Below are positions 1 to 17,952 of a stretch of DNA of 32,000 nucleotides, piece by piece. The first letter of the stretch is position 1; the number at the start of each line of letters is the position of its first letter. Source of the DNA: Vibrio alginolyticus NBRC 15630 = ATCC 17749 (GTDB lineage Bacteria > Pseudomonadota > Gammaproteobacteria > Enterobacterales > Vibrionaceae). The notes under the pieces are model-generated. The model was given only the letters and a program-made list of their open reading frames with translations. It did not search any database and was not told the DNA's origin. The DNA is taken from NCBI RefSeq assembly GCF_000354175.2, contig NC_022349.1, forward strand, positions 1,950,001 through 1,982,000, written 5' to 3'. The translations under genes and the position numbers were made by a program.

Positions 1-33
1 TCCATTCATAAAATGTTACAAATAGAGAGCTCT

Positions 34-1365
34 ATGTCGGTCTATCATACTTTATGTTTTCTATCCGCAGCTGCGATGCTAATTGCTTTTGTAAACAGCA
101 AGATAGGAAAGATGCAAACCACCATTGCGATTACCGCAGGTTCAATGGTGCTTTCACTTCTAATCTTAATTGCGGGTCAAAACAACTGGTTCCATCTCAC
201 CGAAATTGCGACGGAGACGGTCACAAGGATTAACTTCGAAGATTTCTTGCTCAAAGGCATTCTTGGCTTCTTACTATTTGCTGGTGGACTAGGCATCAAA
301 CTCCCGAACCTTAAAGATCAGAAGTGGGAGATCACTGTTTTAGCCCTTGGAGCTACACTGTTTTCTACGTTCTTTATTGGATTTGCACTGTATGGGTTTT
401 GTCAGTTAATTGGCATCCAATTTGATTTGGTCTACTGCTTACTATTTGGTGCTCTAATATCGCCAACTGACCCAATCGCTGTATTGGCTATTGTGAAAAA
501 ACTAGATGCTCCTAAACGTATCTCCACTCAGATTGAAGGAGAATCGCTCTTCAATGATGGCTTCGGTTTGGTTATCTTCGTCACTCTATTTACGATTGCA
601 TTTGGCACTGAGGCACCAACTGTAGGTAGTGTCACCTTGCTCTTCATCCAAGAAGCTATCGGTGGTATCATATATGGTTTCGTCCTCGGTTTGCTATTCC
701 ACTACTTGATCAGTGCCACCGATGATCACTCAATGGAATTGTTACTTACCATTGGTGTCCCAACAGCAGGTTACGCATTTGCTGAATACATCCATGTATC
801 AGGCCCACTCGCGATGGTTGTATCCGGTATTATGATTGGCAACTGGACACGCTTTATTGGCTTTTCAAAAGAGAGTGAAGATCACCTTGACCATTTTTGG
901 GAGCTTGTTGATGAGTTCTTGAATGGCGTGTTATTCCTACTGATCGGCATGTCGATGCTGCTATTTGAATTCCACAAAGAAGACTGGATTATGATGGCTA
1001 TTTCAGTCCCTCTTGTACTAGCAGCTCGCTATTTAAGCGTATTTCTCTCGTACATTGGCTTTAAGCGTTACAGAAAATATAACCCGTGGTCAGTACGTAT
1101 TTTGACGTGGGGCGGCTTACGCGGGGGCCTTGCATTGGCAATGGCACTTTCCATTCCATCTGGTATTTGGGTGATTCAAGATAAGTTAATCGATGTAAAA
1201 GAGATTATTCTTGTAATGACCTACTCCGTCGTTGTTTTCTCTATCCTCATTCAAGGCTCAACAATCACCCCAATGATTGAAAAAGCAAAAGCAGAAGAGA
1301 AGAAGATGGAAGAGAATAACCAAGCAATAACCACTCCGGAACATACGGAGCCAGTGGACTCTTAA
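34..1365 (+). CDS. CPA1-family Na+(K+)/H+ antiporter (NhaP-like polytopic membrane protein)
   Basis: ORF-track 13..1365 (450 aa) is a very hydrophobic multi-pass protein with exchanger-family motifs (LISPTDPIAV, ESLFNDG). I prefer the ATG at 34 because a GAGAG purine run lies 5-9 nt upstream, whereas the ATG at 13 has none. The stop is firm and the start is uncertain. Confidence 0.85.
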   Translation: MSVYHTLCFLSAAAMLIAFVNSKIGKMQTTIAITAGSMVLSLLILIAGQNNWFHLTEIATETVTRINFEDFLLKGILGFLLFAGGLGIKLPNLKDQKWEITVLALGATLFSTFFIGFALYGFCQLIGIQFDLVYCLLFGALISPTDPIAVLAIVKKLDAPKRISTQIEGESLFNDGFGLVIFVTLFTIAFGTEAPTVGSVTLLFIQEAIGGIIYGFVLGLLFHYLISATDDHSMELLLTIGVPTAGYAFAEYIHVSGPLAMVVSGIMIGNWTRFIGFSKESEDHLDHFWELVDEFLNGVLFLLIGMSMLLFEFHKEDWIMMAISVPLVLAARYLSVFLSYIGFKRYRKYNPWSVRILTWGGLRGGLALAMALSIPSGIWVIQDKLIDVKEIILVMTYSVVVFSILIQGSTITPMIEKAKAEEKKMEENNQAITTPEHTEPVDS

Positions 1366-1385
1366 AGACACGTTACTTAATAGAT

Positions 1386-1412
1386 AAAAAGCAGCTACCT
1401 AGCTGCTTTTTT
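1386..1412 (+). terminator. rho-independent terminator of the antiporter gene
   Basis: Stem-loop agcagct-acct-agctgct followed by a T6 run, about 20 nt after the stop codon. Confidence 0.8.
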
Positions 1413-2073
1413 CATAACTAATTTTCAGACTCCCCTTCAAGGACGAATGCTCCTTATTCTTTGATATACCTTCAAATATACTAAGAATCGCTACGCTACA
1501 CTTTCATAGATACTAACTATTGCCGATAGATAGTATTCATAAACGAGTCTTTTAATTTGCCCATTTTCATCTGTATCACTTCTCTTCCCTTGGCAATATA
1601 GGCTCCTCGCAAACATCAAAGTTAAACTTCCACAATACTTAGCAATGAGCGAGTTTGTGTTTTTATGAGAAAGAGACATTTAGGGTGATTGCGTTCAGAA
1701 CCCAAACGGGTTAGAAACCTCACCGAGATAAAACTGAGCTAGCACCCAGGTAGCAAAGCCTTAACGGAAGTTTAAATCCCTTCCCTCTTGAACTCAGTGA
1801 GACTAAACTTGTATTCAAAGTCCTCCTGTTTTCAAATTAGAAACAAGCGACACCTCAAACAATTAAGCTCTGTCATATAACTAGATTTTCTAATATCGAA
1901 TAAAAGGAGCTTTGGTTAGAGCTTGGTATCGGAATAAGGCTAAGACTAAGGCACAGAGTTACATGCTAGCTCGTTCACGACGATATTAAAACCATGTGAA
2001 GAGGGTAGCGTAACTCTAGATGCAAGGTTCCAATATGAAAGTGAGTTTCAGGTAAGTCGGGGGAACCAGAACG

Positions 2074-2103
2074 AAAAAAGCCTCAGTCTTTCGACTGAGG
2101 CTT
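2074..2103 (-). terminator. rho-independent terminator closing rrn operon A
   Basis: The minus strand reads aagcctcagtc-gaaa-gactgaggctt followed by a T run, 9 nt downstream of tRNA-Asp. Confidence 0.85.
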
Positions 2104-2111
2104 AATATAAG

Positions 2112-2188
2112 TGGCGGAGTGGACGGGACTCGAACCCGCGACCCCCGGCGTGACAGGCCGGTATTCTAACCAACTGAACTACCACTCC
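2112..2188 (-). tRNA. tRNA-Asp (anticodon GUC), distal tRNA of rrn operon A
   Basis: Reverse complement is GGAGTGGTAGTTCAGTTGGTTAGAATACCGGCCTGTCACGCCGGGGGTCGCGGGTTCGAGTCCCGTCCACTCCGCCA. It has cloverleaf arms, anticodon loop CTGTCAC and an encoded CCA, and is very close to E. coli tRNA-Asp as I recall it. Confidence 0.95.
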
Positions 2189-2264
2189 GCAGTGGTATCA
2201 CTCGCTTTAATAAGCAAGCGTCCGCTTTTGTCTTCACTTTTCGAAAAAGTGAAAATAAAACTAA

Positions 2265-2384
2265 AGCCTGGCGATGTCCTACTCTCACATGGGGAAGCCC
2301 CACACTACCATCGGCGCTATTTCGTTTCACTTCTGAGTTCGGCATGGAAATCAGGTGGGTCCAAAACGCTATGGTCGCCAAGCA
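2265..2384 (-). rRNA. rrf: 5S rRNA, operon A
   Basis: Reverse complement begins TGCTTGGCGACCATAGCG and ends ...GAGAGTAGGACATCGCCAGGCTT. It is collinear with E. coli 5S (CCGAACTCAGAAGTGAAAC, CGATGGTAGTGTGGGG). Ends are accurate to about 2 nt. Confidence 0.96.
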
Positions 2385-2476
2385 AATTCTTTAATTCGGA
2401 AAGCTGTTTTTTTAATTCTCGTTCTTACACATTCAATGTTCTTTCATTGAGTCCATCAAAACCCCTTGGGTGTTGT

Positions 2477-5366
<2,890 letters not shown>

Positions 5367-5589
5367 ATACAACCCGAAGGAGTTTCGAGTTGATGTTCAA
5401 ATCACCAAAGTTGTCTCTCATTATTTGAATGAGCGAGAGACATTCGATTTTGCCGGACTCAATTTCGAATAATCACTGTAAAAGTGATATTCCCAAGAAC
5501 ACTTGAATGTGTTTTTTGGTGTTTGTCATAAAGACAAACATTGAGAACTTTACAAACAATCTTAAAGATTGTTTTGTCAGCTTTCCAAA

Positions 5590-5601
5590 TTGTTAAAGAG
5601 C
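5590..5601 (-). promoter_or_regulatory. boxA antitermination element in the 16S-23S spacer, operon A
   Basis: Plus strand ttgttaaagagc is the reverse complement of GCTCTTTAACAA, matching the rrn boxA consensus TGCTCTTTAACAA. As in E. coli, it lies between tRNA-Ala and 23S. Confidence 0.8.
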
Positions 5602-5656
5602 TAGATTTTCTTATGAAAACCATTTTTAAAGATTCTTTTTCAAGAACACTTAAAGA

Positions 5657-5732
5657 TGGTGGAGCTATGCGGGATCGAACCGCAGACCTCCTGCGTGCAA
5701 GGCAGGCGCTCTCCCAGCTGAGCTATAGCCCC
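5657..5732 (-). tRNA. tRNA-Ala (anticodon UGC), spacer tRNA of operon A
   Basis: Reverse complement GGGGCTATAGCTCAGCTGGGAGAGCGCCTGCCTTGCACGCAGGAGGTCTGCGGTTCGATCCCGCATAGCTCCACCA, with the G3:U70 identity pair and the TGC anticodon. Confidence 0.96.
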
Positions 5733-5774
5733 ATCAAGGTCTCGATACTGTCGCCAATTCCTTGGGAAAGAAAT

Positions 5775-5851
5775 TGGTGGGTCTGAGTGGACTCGAACCA
5801 CCGACCTCTCGCTTATCAGGCGAACGCTCTAACCACCTGAGCTACAGACCC
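5775..5851 (-). tRNA. tRNA-Ile (anticodon GAU), spacer tRNA of operon A
   Basis: Reverse complement GGGTCTGTAGCTCAGGTGGTTAGAGCGTTCGCCTGATAAGCGAGAGGTCGGTGGTTCGAGTCCACTCAGACCCACCA, with anticodon loop CTGATAA. Confidence 0.96.
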
Positions 5852-5918
5852 AGTATCATCTCTTTACTTTATAAACCGTATCAATCTGTGTGGACACTCA
5901 TCGTGAGTAATCATCGTA

Positions 5919-7471
<1,553 letters not shown>

Positions 7472-7610
7472 AAGATTTTGTTCGGCTCAATGAATACTGA
7501 ACATTACATAAAGTAATGTTTGAATTGACTGTGCTGAATCTTTCGATTCAATGGTCACTTCATTTCATTGAAACCTAATTTGATACCGAAGTATCGAATT
7601 GGATTATCAT

Positions 7611-7635
7611 CAACGAGTGCCCACACAGATTGATA
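7611..7635 (-). other. Leader half of the 16S precursor processing stem (RNase III-type), operon A
   Basis: 7611-7635 (caacgagtgcccacacagattgata) is an imperfect inverted repeat of 5879-5903 (tatcaatctgtgtggacactcatcg), which lies just 3' of mature 16S. This is the same arrangement and nearly the same sequence (ATCTGTGTGGGCACTCG) as the E. coli rrn leader. Confidence 0.65.
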
Positions 7636-7643
7636 GGTCTATA

Positions 7644-7655
7644 TTGTTAAAGAGC
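7644..7655 (-). promoter_or_regulatory. boxA antitermination element, leader of operon A
   Basis: Reverse complement is GCTCTTTAACAA, about 30-40 nt downstream of the predicted promoter. It is preceded by a short boxB-like hairpin (agtgc-cttag-gcact, 7664-7678). Confidence 0.8.
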
Positions 7656-7692
7656 TTGGCTTTCAGTGCCTTAGCACTTAAGCGAGGTGCGT

Positions 7693-7720
7693 ATAATACG
7701 CTTTCCACTTTGAAAGTCAA
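7693..7720 (-). promoter_or_regulatory. Single sigma-70 promoter of rrn operon A (P2-like)
   Basis: The minus strand reads TTGACT, a 16 nt spacer, TATTAT, then the GC-rich discriminator ACGCACCTCGC. An A/T-rich block lies upstream (7721-7750). It closely resembles E. coli rrnB P2 as I recall it (TTGACT...GGAAGGCGTATTATGCACACC). Confidence 0.7.
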
Positions 7721-7755
7721 CATAAAACTCTAAATTTATTTAGAACTTTATGGTG

Positions 7756-7778
7756 ACTTGCTTATTTAATAAGCAAGT
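7756..7778 (-). other. Perfect hairpin just after 5S of operon B (terminator-like but with no U-tract)
   Basis: acttgcttatt-t-aataagcaagt is a 23 nt near-perfect palindrome 10 nt downstream of 5S-B. The minus-strand sequence that follows is CACCATAAAG, which is not a T run. Confidence 0.5.
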
Positions 7779-7787
7779 GCAAAATAA

Positions 7788-7907
7788 AGCCTGGCGATGT
7801 CCTACTCTCACATGGGGAAGCCCCACACTACCATCGGCGCTATTTCGTTTCACTTCTGAGTTCGGCATGGAAATCAGGTGGGTCCAAAACGCTATGGTCG
7901 CCAAGCA
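7788..7907 (-). rRNA. rrf: 5S rRNA, operon B
   Basis: Identical by eye to 2265-2384. Confidence 0.96.
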
Positions 7908-7998
7908 AATTCTTTAATTCGGAAAGCTGTTTTTTAATTCTCGTTCTTACACATTCAATGTTCTTTCATTGAGTCCATCAAAACCCCTTGGGTGTTGT

Positions 7999-10888
<2,890 letters not shown>

Positions 10889-11111
10889 ATACAACCCGAA
10901 GGAGTTTCGAGTTGATGTTCAAATCACCAAAGTTGTCTCTCATTATTTGAATGAGCGAGAGACATTTCGATTTTGCCGGACTCAATTTCGAATAATCACT
11001 TAAAAGTGATATTCCCAAGAACACTTGAATGTGTTTTTTGGTGTTTGTCATAAAGACAAACATTGAGAACTTTACAAACAATCTTAAAGATTGTTTTGTC
11101 AGCTTTCCAAA

Positions 11112-11123
11112 TTGTTAAAGAGC
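11112..11123 (-). promoter_or_regulatory. boxA element in the 16S-23S spacer, operon B
   Basis: Same ttgttaaagagc motif as at 5590-5601. Confidence 0.8.
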
Positions 11124-11178
11124 TAGATTTTCTGATGAAAACCATTTTTAAAGATTCTTTTTCAAGAACACTTAAAGA

Positions 11179-11254
11179 TGGTGGAGCTATGCGGGATCGA
11201 ACCGCAGACCTCCTGCGTGCAAGGCAGGCGCTCTCCCAGCTGAGCTATAGCCCC
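11179..11254 (-). tRNA. tRNA-Ala (UGC), operon B
   Basis: Identical to 5657-5732. Confidence 0.96.
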
Positions 11255-11296
11255 ATCAAGGTGTCGATACTGTCGCCAATTCCTTGGAAAAGAAAT

Positions 11297-11373
11297 TGGT
11301 GGGTCTGAGTGGACTCGAACCACCGACCTCTCGCTTATCAGGCGAACGCTCTAACCACCTGAGCTACAGACCC
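11297..11373 (-). tRNA. tRNA-Ile (GAU), operon B
   Basis: Identical to 5775-5851. Confidence 0.96.
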
Positions 11374-11439
11374 AGTATCGTCTCTTTACTTTATAAACCG
11401 TATCAATCTGTGTGAACACTCATCGCAATAATCATCGTT

Positions 11440-12992
<1,553 letters not shown>

Positions 12993-13129
12993 AAGATTTT
13001 GTCGGCTCAATGAATACTGAACATTACATAAGTAATGTTTGAATTGACTGTGCTGAGTCCGAAGACTCAATGGTCACTTCGTTTCATTGAAACCTAATTT
13101 GATACCGAAGTATCGAATTGGATTATCAT

Positions 13130-13154
13130 CAACGAGTGCCCACACAGATTGATA
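13130..13154 (-). other. Leader half of the 16S precursor processing stem, operon B
   Basis: Inverted repeat of 11401-11425 (tatcaatctgtgtgaacactcatcg), which lies 3' of 16S-B. Confidence 0.6.
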
Positions 13155-13162
13155 GGTCTATA

Positions 13163-13174
13163 TTGTTAAAGAGC
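13163..13174 (-). promoter_or_regulatory. boxA element, leader of operon B
   Basis: Reverse complement is GCTCTTTAACAA. Homology between the two operons ends exactly here. Nested boxB-like hairpins lie upstream (ctcttc...gaagag, 13177-13209). Confidence 0.8.
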
Positions 13175-13215
13175 AACTCTTCTTTGTGATTGACATCACT
13201 TCGGAAGAGGCGGCC

Positions 13216-13243
13216 ATTCTAGCGAGATAATTTATCGTGTCAA
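13216..13243 (-). promoter_or_regulatory. rrn operon B promoter P2
   Basis: The minus strand reads TTGACA, a 16 nt spacer, TAGAAT, then the GC-rich discriminator GGCCGCC. Confidence 0.7.
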
Positions 13244-13332
13244 ACACTTTCTTCAAATTATTTCGTATTTCTTTTCAGCCTTATCAACTTCGCTTAAACC
13301 CTTCTGAGCCCTTGCCCTGTCGACGAGGAGGC

Positions 13333-13390
13333 ATTATAGAGATCGCGCTCACATTGGCAAGTGTTATTTTTCAAAAATTGCAAAAACAAT
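13333..13390 (-). promoter_or_regulatory. rrn operon B promoter P1 with UP element
   Basis: The minus strand reads TTTTTGCAATTTTTGAAAAATAACA (A/T-rich UP-like block), then CTTGCCA, a 16 nt spacer, and TATAATGCCTCC. The -10 plus discriminator matches the E. coli rrnB P1 pattern TATAATGCGCC. P1 lies about 117 bp upstream of P2, as in E. coli. Confidence 0.75.
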
Positions 13391-13500
13391 GGTTAAACGA
13401 TGAGTTTTCGATCAAACCTTTATTTATTCAACTTTACCCCAAACTCTCACACAACTTATCCACAGAGTTGTGCTTTGAGACGTATTTTTCAAGTACCATA

Positions 13501-13527
13501 AATAAAGAAAGCTGCTTTATTGCAGCT
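13501..13527 (-). terminator. Probable rho-independent terminator of cysJIH
   Basis: The minus strand reads agctgc-aataaa-gcagct followed by TTCTTTATTT, about 45 nt after the cysH stop. The stem is short (6 bp). Confidence 0.55.
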
Positions 13528-13572
13528 ATCTTTATTAAACTTAACCTAAACTCTATTTAAAGAGTATTATGG

Positions 13573-14352
13573 CTATATGCCAGACCCATCTTGTTCAGAG
13601 CCATCATCTTCGTGTAGGCCACATTCTCGCTTTAAGCCAAAGAATCGAGTTTCTTCCTCTGACATTCCCGGCTCCCATTTACGAGTGGTATGTGTATCAC
13701 CAACTGAAAGGTAACCTTCATCCCACAATGGGTGGTATTTAAGGCCGTGTTGTTCTAAGTAGTAATGAACGTCTTTATTAGTCCAATCAATTACTGGTAG
13801 AAATTTAAACACACCGTTCTGAATTGATAGAATCGGTAAACCTGCACGAGATTTACTTTGCTCTCGACGCAGTCCAGAGAACCACGTTCCAACATTAAGC
13901 TCTTTTAACGCTCGACGCATCGGCTCAACTTTATTGAGCTTGTTGTATTTTTCAATTCCCTCTACGCCTTGCTCCCATAATTTTCCATATCGAGCTTCTT
14001 GCCAATTCGCACTTTCCTTGGCTCGATAAACTTTTAAATTTAGGTTGAGAGCATCTGTCAGCTCATCGATAAATCGGTACGTCTCAGCAAACAGGTAACC
14101 AGTATCGGTTAGAATGACGGGGATGTCCGCTTTGGCGCGAGTAACTAAATGAAGCATAACCGCGGCTTGAATACCAAAACTAGAAGAAACCGCGAACTCG
14201 CCTTCTAGATTATCTAAAGCCCACGCTACTCTCTCTTGTGCTGAAAGCTTTTCGAGCTCGACATTAATTTGAGCAAGACGGAGGATTTGCTCCGTCTTTG
14301 TTAATGTCAGTAACTCTGTGAGCTCCAGCTTGGATGCTACAGAATCAAGCAT
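13573..14352 (-). CDS. cysH: Phosphoadenosine phosphosulfate (PAPS) reductase
   Basis: ORF 13573..14466 trimmed to the ATG at 14352 ([10 protein letters not shown]...), giving ~259 aa versus 244 aa in E. coli. It has the C-terminal ECGLH motif and sits last in cysJIH. Its ATG overlaps the cysI stop (ATGCTTGA). Confidence 0.93.
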   Translation of the reverse strand: MLDSVASKLELTELLTLTKTEQILRLAQINVELEKLSAQERVAWALDNLEGEFAVSSSFGIQAAVMLHLVTRAKADIPVILTDTGYLFAETYRFIDELTDALNLNLKVYRAKESANWQEARYGKLWEQGVEGIEKYNKLNKVEPMRRALKELNVGTWFSGLRREQSKSRAGLPILSIQNGVFKFLPVIDWTNKDVHYYLEQHGLKYHPLWDEGYLSVGDTHTTRKWEPGMSEEETRFFGLKRECGLHEDDGSEQDGSGI

Positions 14353-16081
14353 GAAAGTCCCTCTTTGATACGAGCACTTCTTGGATAATGCCAGCACGAA
14401 TAGTGAAATCGCCAAAGGCTTCGCCTTCTTCACGCTCTTTCGACCATCGAGCCACCAGCAGATCAATCTCTTCTAAGATTTGCTTATCCGTGATGTTCTC
14501 TTTATACATTTTTGGTACTCGAGTACCGGCACGGTTACCACCTAGGTGCAAGTTGTAACGACCCGGCGCTTTGCCAACTAGACCAATTTCAGCCAACATT
14601 GCGCGACCACAACCATTTGGACACCCAGTTACACGCAAAATGATGTTGTCATTTTCTGGTAGGTTGTGCTTCTCCAGAATCCCCTCCACATCAGTAACAA
14701 ACTGAGGAAGGAAACGTTCAGCTTCTGCCATCGCTAGCGGGCAAGTTGGAAAAGCAACACAAGCCATTGAGTTCTTACGCTGTTCACTTACGCCGTCGTC
14801 CATTAAGCCATGTTCACGAGCGATCTTTTCAATCTTCGCTTTTTCGTTTTTAGGTACACCCGCAACAATTAGGTTTTGGTTTGCTGTCATGCGGAAATCG
14901 CCTTTGTGGATTTTGGCAATTTCAGCAACACCCGTCTTAAGTGGTTTACCTGGGAAATCTAATAGACGGCCGTTTTCGATGAAGAGTGCTAGGTGATACT
15001 TACCATCGATACCTTCAACCCAACCGATACGGTCACCACGTTCCGTGAATTCATATGGACGGCTTTGCTCAAACTTAACACCAGCACGTTTCTCGACTTC
15101 CGCTTTAAAGACATCGCTACCTACACGATCCAATGTGTATTTGGTTTTTGCGTTCTTACGGTTTGAACGGTTACCCCAGTCGCGCTGAGTTGTTACTACA
15201 GCTGCGGCAACATCAAGTGTCTTGTCCAGCGGAATAAAGCCAAAGTCGTCAGCGCGGCGCGGATAAGTTGATGTATCGCCATGCGTCATCGCTAAGCCGC
15301 CGCCGACCAGGACGTTAAAACCAACCAGCTTGCCGTTATCTGCAATCGCTACGAAGTTGAGATCGTTAGCGTGTACATCTACGTCATTTTGCGGTGGGAT
15401 AACCACTGTGGTTTTAAACTTACGTGGTAAGTAGTTCTTGCCTAGAATCGGTTCGTCTTCTTCCGTGCTTTCTACTTTTTCACCGTCTAGCCAAATCTCT
15501 GCATAAGCGCGTGTTTTCGGAAGCAGGTGTTCACTGATTCTCTTCGCCCATTCGTAAGCTTCTTGGTGTAACTCTGACTCCACTGGATTAGTGGTACACA
15601 ACACGTTACGGTTTACATCACCCGCGGTTGCAATCGAATCAATGCCAATACTGTTGAGCGTTTGATGCATCAACTTAATATTCGGTTTTAATACCCCATG
15701 AAACTGGAACGTTTGGCGAGTCGTCAGACGAATACTTCCATATAAAGAGTGCTCCGTTGCGAACTTGTCGATCGCTAACCATTGCGTTGGCGTGATGATG
15801 CCTCCAGGCATACGAGCACGAAGCATCACATTATGTAATGGTTCCAGTTTTTGCTTTGTGCGTTCATTACGGATATCACGATCGTCTTGTTGATACATAC
15901 CGTGGAAACGAATTAACTGGAAGTTGTCGGCAGTAAAGCCACCAGTAATACGGTCCTGTAAATCTTGCTCAATGGTGCCACGTAATAAGTTGCTTTCTCG
16001 CTTCAGGCGCTCGTTATCAGATAGCGGCCCTAACTCTTCACCTAATACAACCTGCTTATTATTGTCCGTAGAAAAAGTCAT
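14345..16081 (-). CDS. cysI: Sulfite reductase (NADPH) hemoprotein beta subunit
   Basis: 578 aa. The N-terminus ([22 protein letters not shown]) parallels E. coli CysI. The siroheme/4Fe-4S Cys cluster is present ([19 protein letters not shown]). Confidence 0.96.
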   Translation of the reverse strand: MTFSTDNNKQVVLGEELGPLSDNERLKRESNLLRGTIEQDLQDRITGGFTADNFQLIRFHGMYQQDDRDIRNERTKQKLEPLHNVMLRARMPGGIITPTQWLAIDKFATEHSLYGSIRLTTRQTFQFHGVLKPNIKLMHQTLNSIGIDSIATAGDVNRNVLCTTNPVESELHQEAYEWAKRISEHLLPKTRAYAEIWLDGEKVESTEEDEPILGKNYLPRKFKTTVVIPPQNDVDVHANDLNFVAIADNGKLVGFNVLVGGGLAMTHGDTSTYPRRADDFGFIPLDKTLDVAAAVVTTQRDWGNRSNRKNAKTKYTLDRVGSDVFKAEVEKRAGVKFEQSRPYEFTERGDRIGWVEGIDGKYHLALFIENGRLLDFPGKPLKTGVAEIAKIHKGDFRMTANQNLIVAGVPKNEKAKIEKIAREHGLMDDGVSEQRKNSMACVAFPTCPLAMAEAERFLPQFVTDVEGILEKHNLPENDNIILRVTGCPNGCGRAMLAEIGLVGKAPGRYNLHLGGNRAGTRVPKMYKENITDKQILEEIDLLVARWSKEREEGEAFGDFTIRAGIIQEVLVSKRDFHA

Positions 16082-17952
16082 TAGTACACATCCCTCTGAT
16101 AACGTTTCGCTTTACGTAGGTCATTAATAAATTGTTCTGCATCGTCACGCGGCATCTTGCCTTCTTGTTCAGCAACGATAACCAATGCGTCGTGCACATC
16201 TTTTGCCATACGCGTTGCATCACCGCAGACATAGATATAAGCGCCTTCTTGGATCCACTGCCACACTTGAGCTGCGTTTTCTAAGATGCGATGTTGTACG
16301 TAAACCTTTTCTACTTGGTCACGACTAAAGGCAACATCCAATCGGCTTAGTACTCCTGACTTGAGATACTTTTGCCATTCCACTTGGTACAAGAAGTCTT
16401 GAGTGAACGTGCGATCACCAAAGAACAACCAGTTTTTGCCTTCAGCATCGCGGTTTTCACGCTCCTGAATAAAGCTACGGAATGGTGCGATCCCTGTACC
16501 AGGACCAACCATGATAATTGGAGTGCTATCATCTTCCGGCAGTTTGAAGTTGTTGTTATGCTCAACAAATACTTTAACTTCCCCCCCCTCTTCGAGACGC
16601 TGTGCTAAGAAACTAGACGCACCACCATATCGTTTTTCGTCGTTTTGTTCGTACTCAACCAAAGCAACCGTTAGGTGTACTTCTTCATCGACCTCTTCTT
16701 GGCTTGATGCAATAGAGTAAAGGCGTGGAGTAAGGCGACGAAGCAAACCAATCAATTCATCTGCGGTTAACTTGGTTTTCTTTTCTGCCAGTACATCAAC
16801 GATTTGAGTATTTGCAGAGTACTCGCGAAGCTTATCTTTATCTTCAACTAACTTTTGTAGCTTCTTGCTACCGGATAACTCGGCAAACTTTGTGATGAGC
16901 TGCGGGTTAGATGTTGTGATTTCATATTTACTCACGAGAGCACTGTGGATTGACAAGCTTTCACCATCAACGTCAACAGTCTCAACCCCAGACAAACCGA
17001 CCTTACCAAGAATGGCATTTGCAAGTTCCGAGCTATTTTCAAACCACACACCTAGTGCATCACCTGGCTGATACGTTAAGCCCGAGCCTTCTAAGTCGAT
17101 TTCTATATGACGAACGTCTTTTCCAGAGTCACGGCCCGTGATTTTTTGACTGGTCAGTAACGTCGCAGTGTACGGATTTTGTTTATTGTAAGGAGAGTGC
17201 GCAGTCGCAGCTTGACCCACAGGAAGTTGAACCACATCCGCTTCAGAGCCAGAAGACAGTGTATCTTTTACCTTGTCTAACGCATTCTTACGCCATTCAG
17301 TTGCAGGGGCTTCATAATCCACATCGCAATCAAGACGCTCGATAAATGGAGTCGCGCCTAGCTTTGATAGGTAAGTGTCGAAGTCTTTACCGGTCTGACA
17401 GAAGAACTCGTAGCTAGAATCTCCCAATGCAATAACACCATATTGCAGGTTTGGCAGCTTAGGAGCCTTCTTCGATTGCAAAAACTCATGTAGCTCAATG
17501 GCATTGTCTGGCGCTTCGCCTTCGCCGTTAGTCGATGCCACAATAATGACATGCGTTTCTTTGGCTAAGTTTTTACCTTTGTAATCGCTTGCATCAAAAA
17601 GTTCGACTGCAATTCCTTCTGCTTTTGCTTCCTGTTCCAGAGCTTCAGCAACACCTTTAGCATTGCCCGTTTGGGAAGCAAAAATAATACTCAACTTACC
17701 TGCTGGCTTCGCTGATACGGCTGCCGTTGCTTGTGCAATTGGCGTTACCGCTGTGTTTGGTTGATTTTGAGCTAATCCCCAAAAATACCCACTGACCCAA
17801 GCAAGTTGCTGTGAAGACAACTCAGAGACAGTTTGTTGGAGTGAGCTAATTTGTTGGTCATTCAGAGGGCTTGCGATTGGAGGATTTCCTCCTTGCCCAT
17901 TATTATCTTCAGACACATTCTTGTGAGAATACTCATTCTTTTGAAAAGACAT
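16081..17952 (-). CDS. cysJ: Sulfite reductase (NADPH) flavoprotein alpha subunit
   Basis: ORF 16081..17973. It has the [11 protein letters not shown] motif, a flavodoxin domain and an FAD/NADPH domain (RLYSIASS, C-terminal QRDVY). I prefer the ATG at 17952 (AGGGA 10 nt upstream) over 17973, but the start is uncertain. Its stop overlaps the cysI ATG (TAATG). Confidence 0.95.
   Translation of the reverse strand: MSFQKNEYSHKNVSEDNNGQGGNPPIASPLNDQQISSLQQTVSELSSQQLAWVSGYFWGLAQNQPNTAVTPIAQATAAVSAKPAGKLSIIFASQTGNAKGVAEALEQEAKAEGIAVELFDASDYKGKNLAKETHVIIVASTNGEGEAPDNAIELHEFLQSKKAPKLPNLQYGVIALGDSSYEFFCQTGKDFDTYLSKLGATPFIERLDCDVDYEAPATEWRKNALDKVKDTLSSGSEADVVQLPVGQAATAHSPYNKQNPYTATLLTSQKITGRDSGKDVRHIEIDLEGSGLTYQPGDALGVWFENSSELANAILGKVGLSGVETVDVDGESLSIHSALVSKYEITTSNPQLITKFAELSGSKKLQKLVEDKDKLREYSANTQIVDVLAEKKTKLTADELIGLLRRLTPRLYSIASSQEEVDEEVHLTVALVEYEQNDEKRYGGASSFLAQRLEEGGEVKVFVEHNNNFKLPEDDSTPIIMVGPGTGIAPFRSFIQERENRDAEGKNWLFFGDRTFTQDFLYQVEWQKYLKSGVLSRLDVAFSRDQVEKVYVQHRILENAAQVWQWIQEGAYIYVCGDATRMAKDVHDALVIVAEQEGKMPRDDAEQFINDLRKAKRYQRDVY

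Noticed and set aside
1491-1679. A 62-aa minus-strand ORF in the unassigned spacer.
   Set aside because: It has no Shine-Dalgarno (CACCCTAAATG), unusual composition and no recognisable family. I kept it only as part of the unexplained-gap finding.
2074-2188. A possible genomic-island insertion at the tRNA-Asp 3' end, or at the dusA 5' end (about 20540-20576).
   Set aside because: I found no integrase, no direct repeat of the tRNA 3' end in the adjacent 700 bp, and no interruption of dusA. Both hotspots appear unoccupied.
13456-13464. A perfect DnaA box, TTATCCACA, in the loop of a 7-bp hairpin (13449-13472) upstream of rrn P1.
   Set aside because: A single 9-mer is expected about 0.25 times by chance in 32 kb counting both strands. 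There is no cluster of boxes and no AT-rich unwinding element, so there is no support for an origin or for DnaA regulation.
13237-13560. A 107-aa plus-strand ORF between 16S-B and cysH.
   Set aside because: It overlaps the rrn P1/P2 promoters, the UP element and the cysH terminator on the opposite strand. It is AT-rich and low-complexity, with a GTG-type start and no Shine-Dalgarno.
14353-14466. N-terminal extensions proposed by the ORF track for cysH (to 14466), alr (to 25601), dusA (to 20660), the OMP (to 19198), pspG (to 19479) and the small protein (to 18324).
   Set aside because: The extensions would overlap upstream genes, a terminator or the sigma-54 promoter. They would also bury the signal peptide, or add residues absent from the orthologues as I recall them. 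The internal starts fit better.
16347-17552. Short alternative-frame and antisense ORFs within cysJ (16347..16568, 16372..16608, 16511..16720, 16865..17071, 16950..17141, 17358..17552), and 15924..16127 within cysI.
   Set aside because: All are nested in well-supported genes, are 63-78 aa long and have no translation signals. They are expected by chance in long ORFs.
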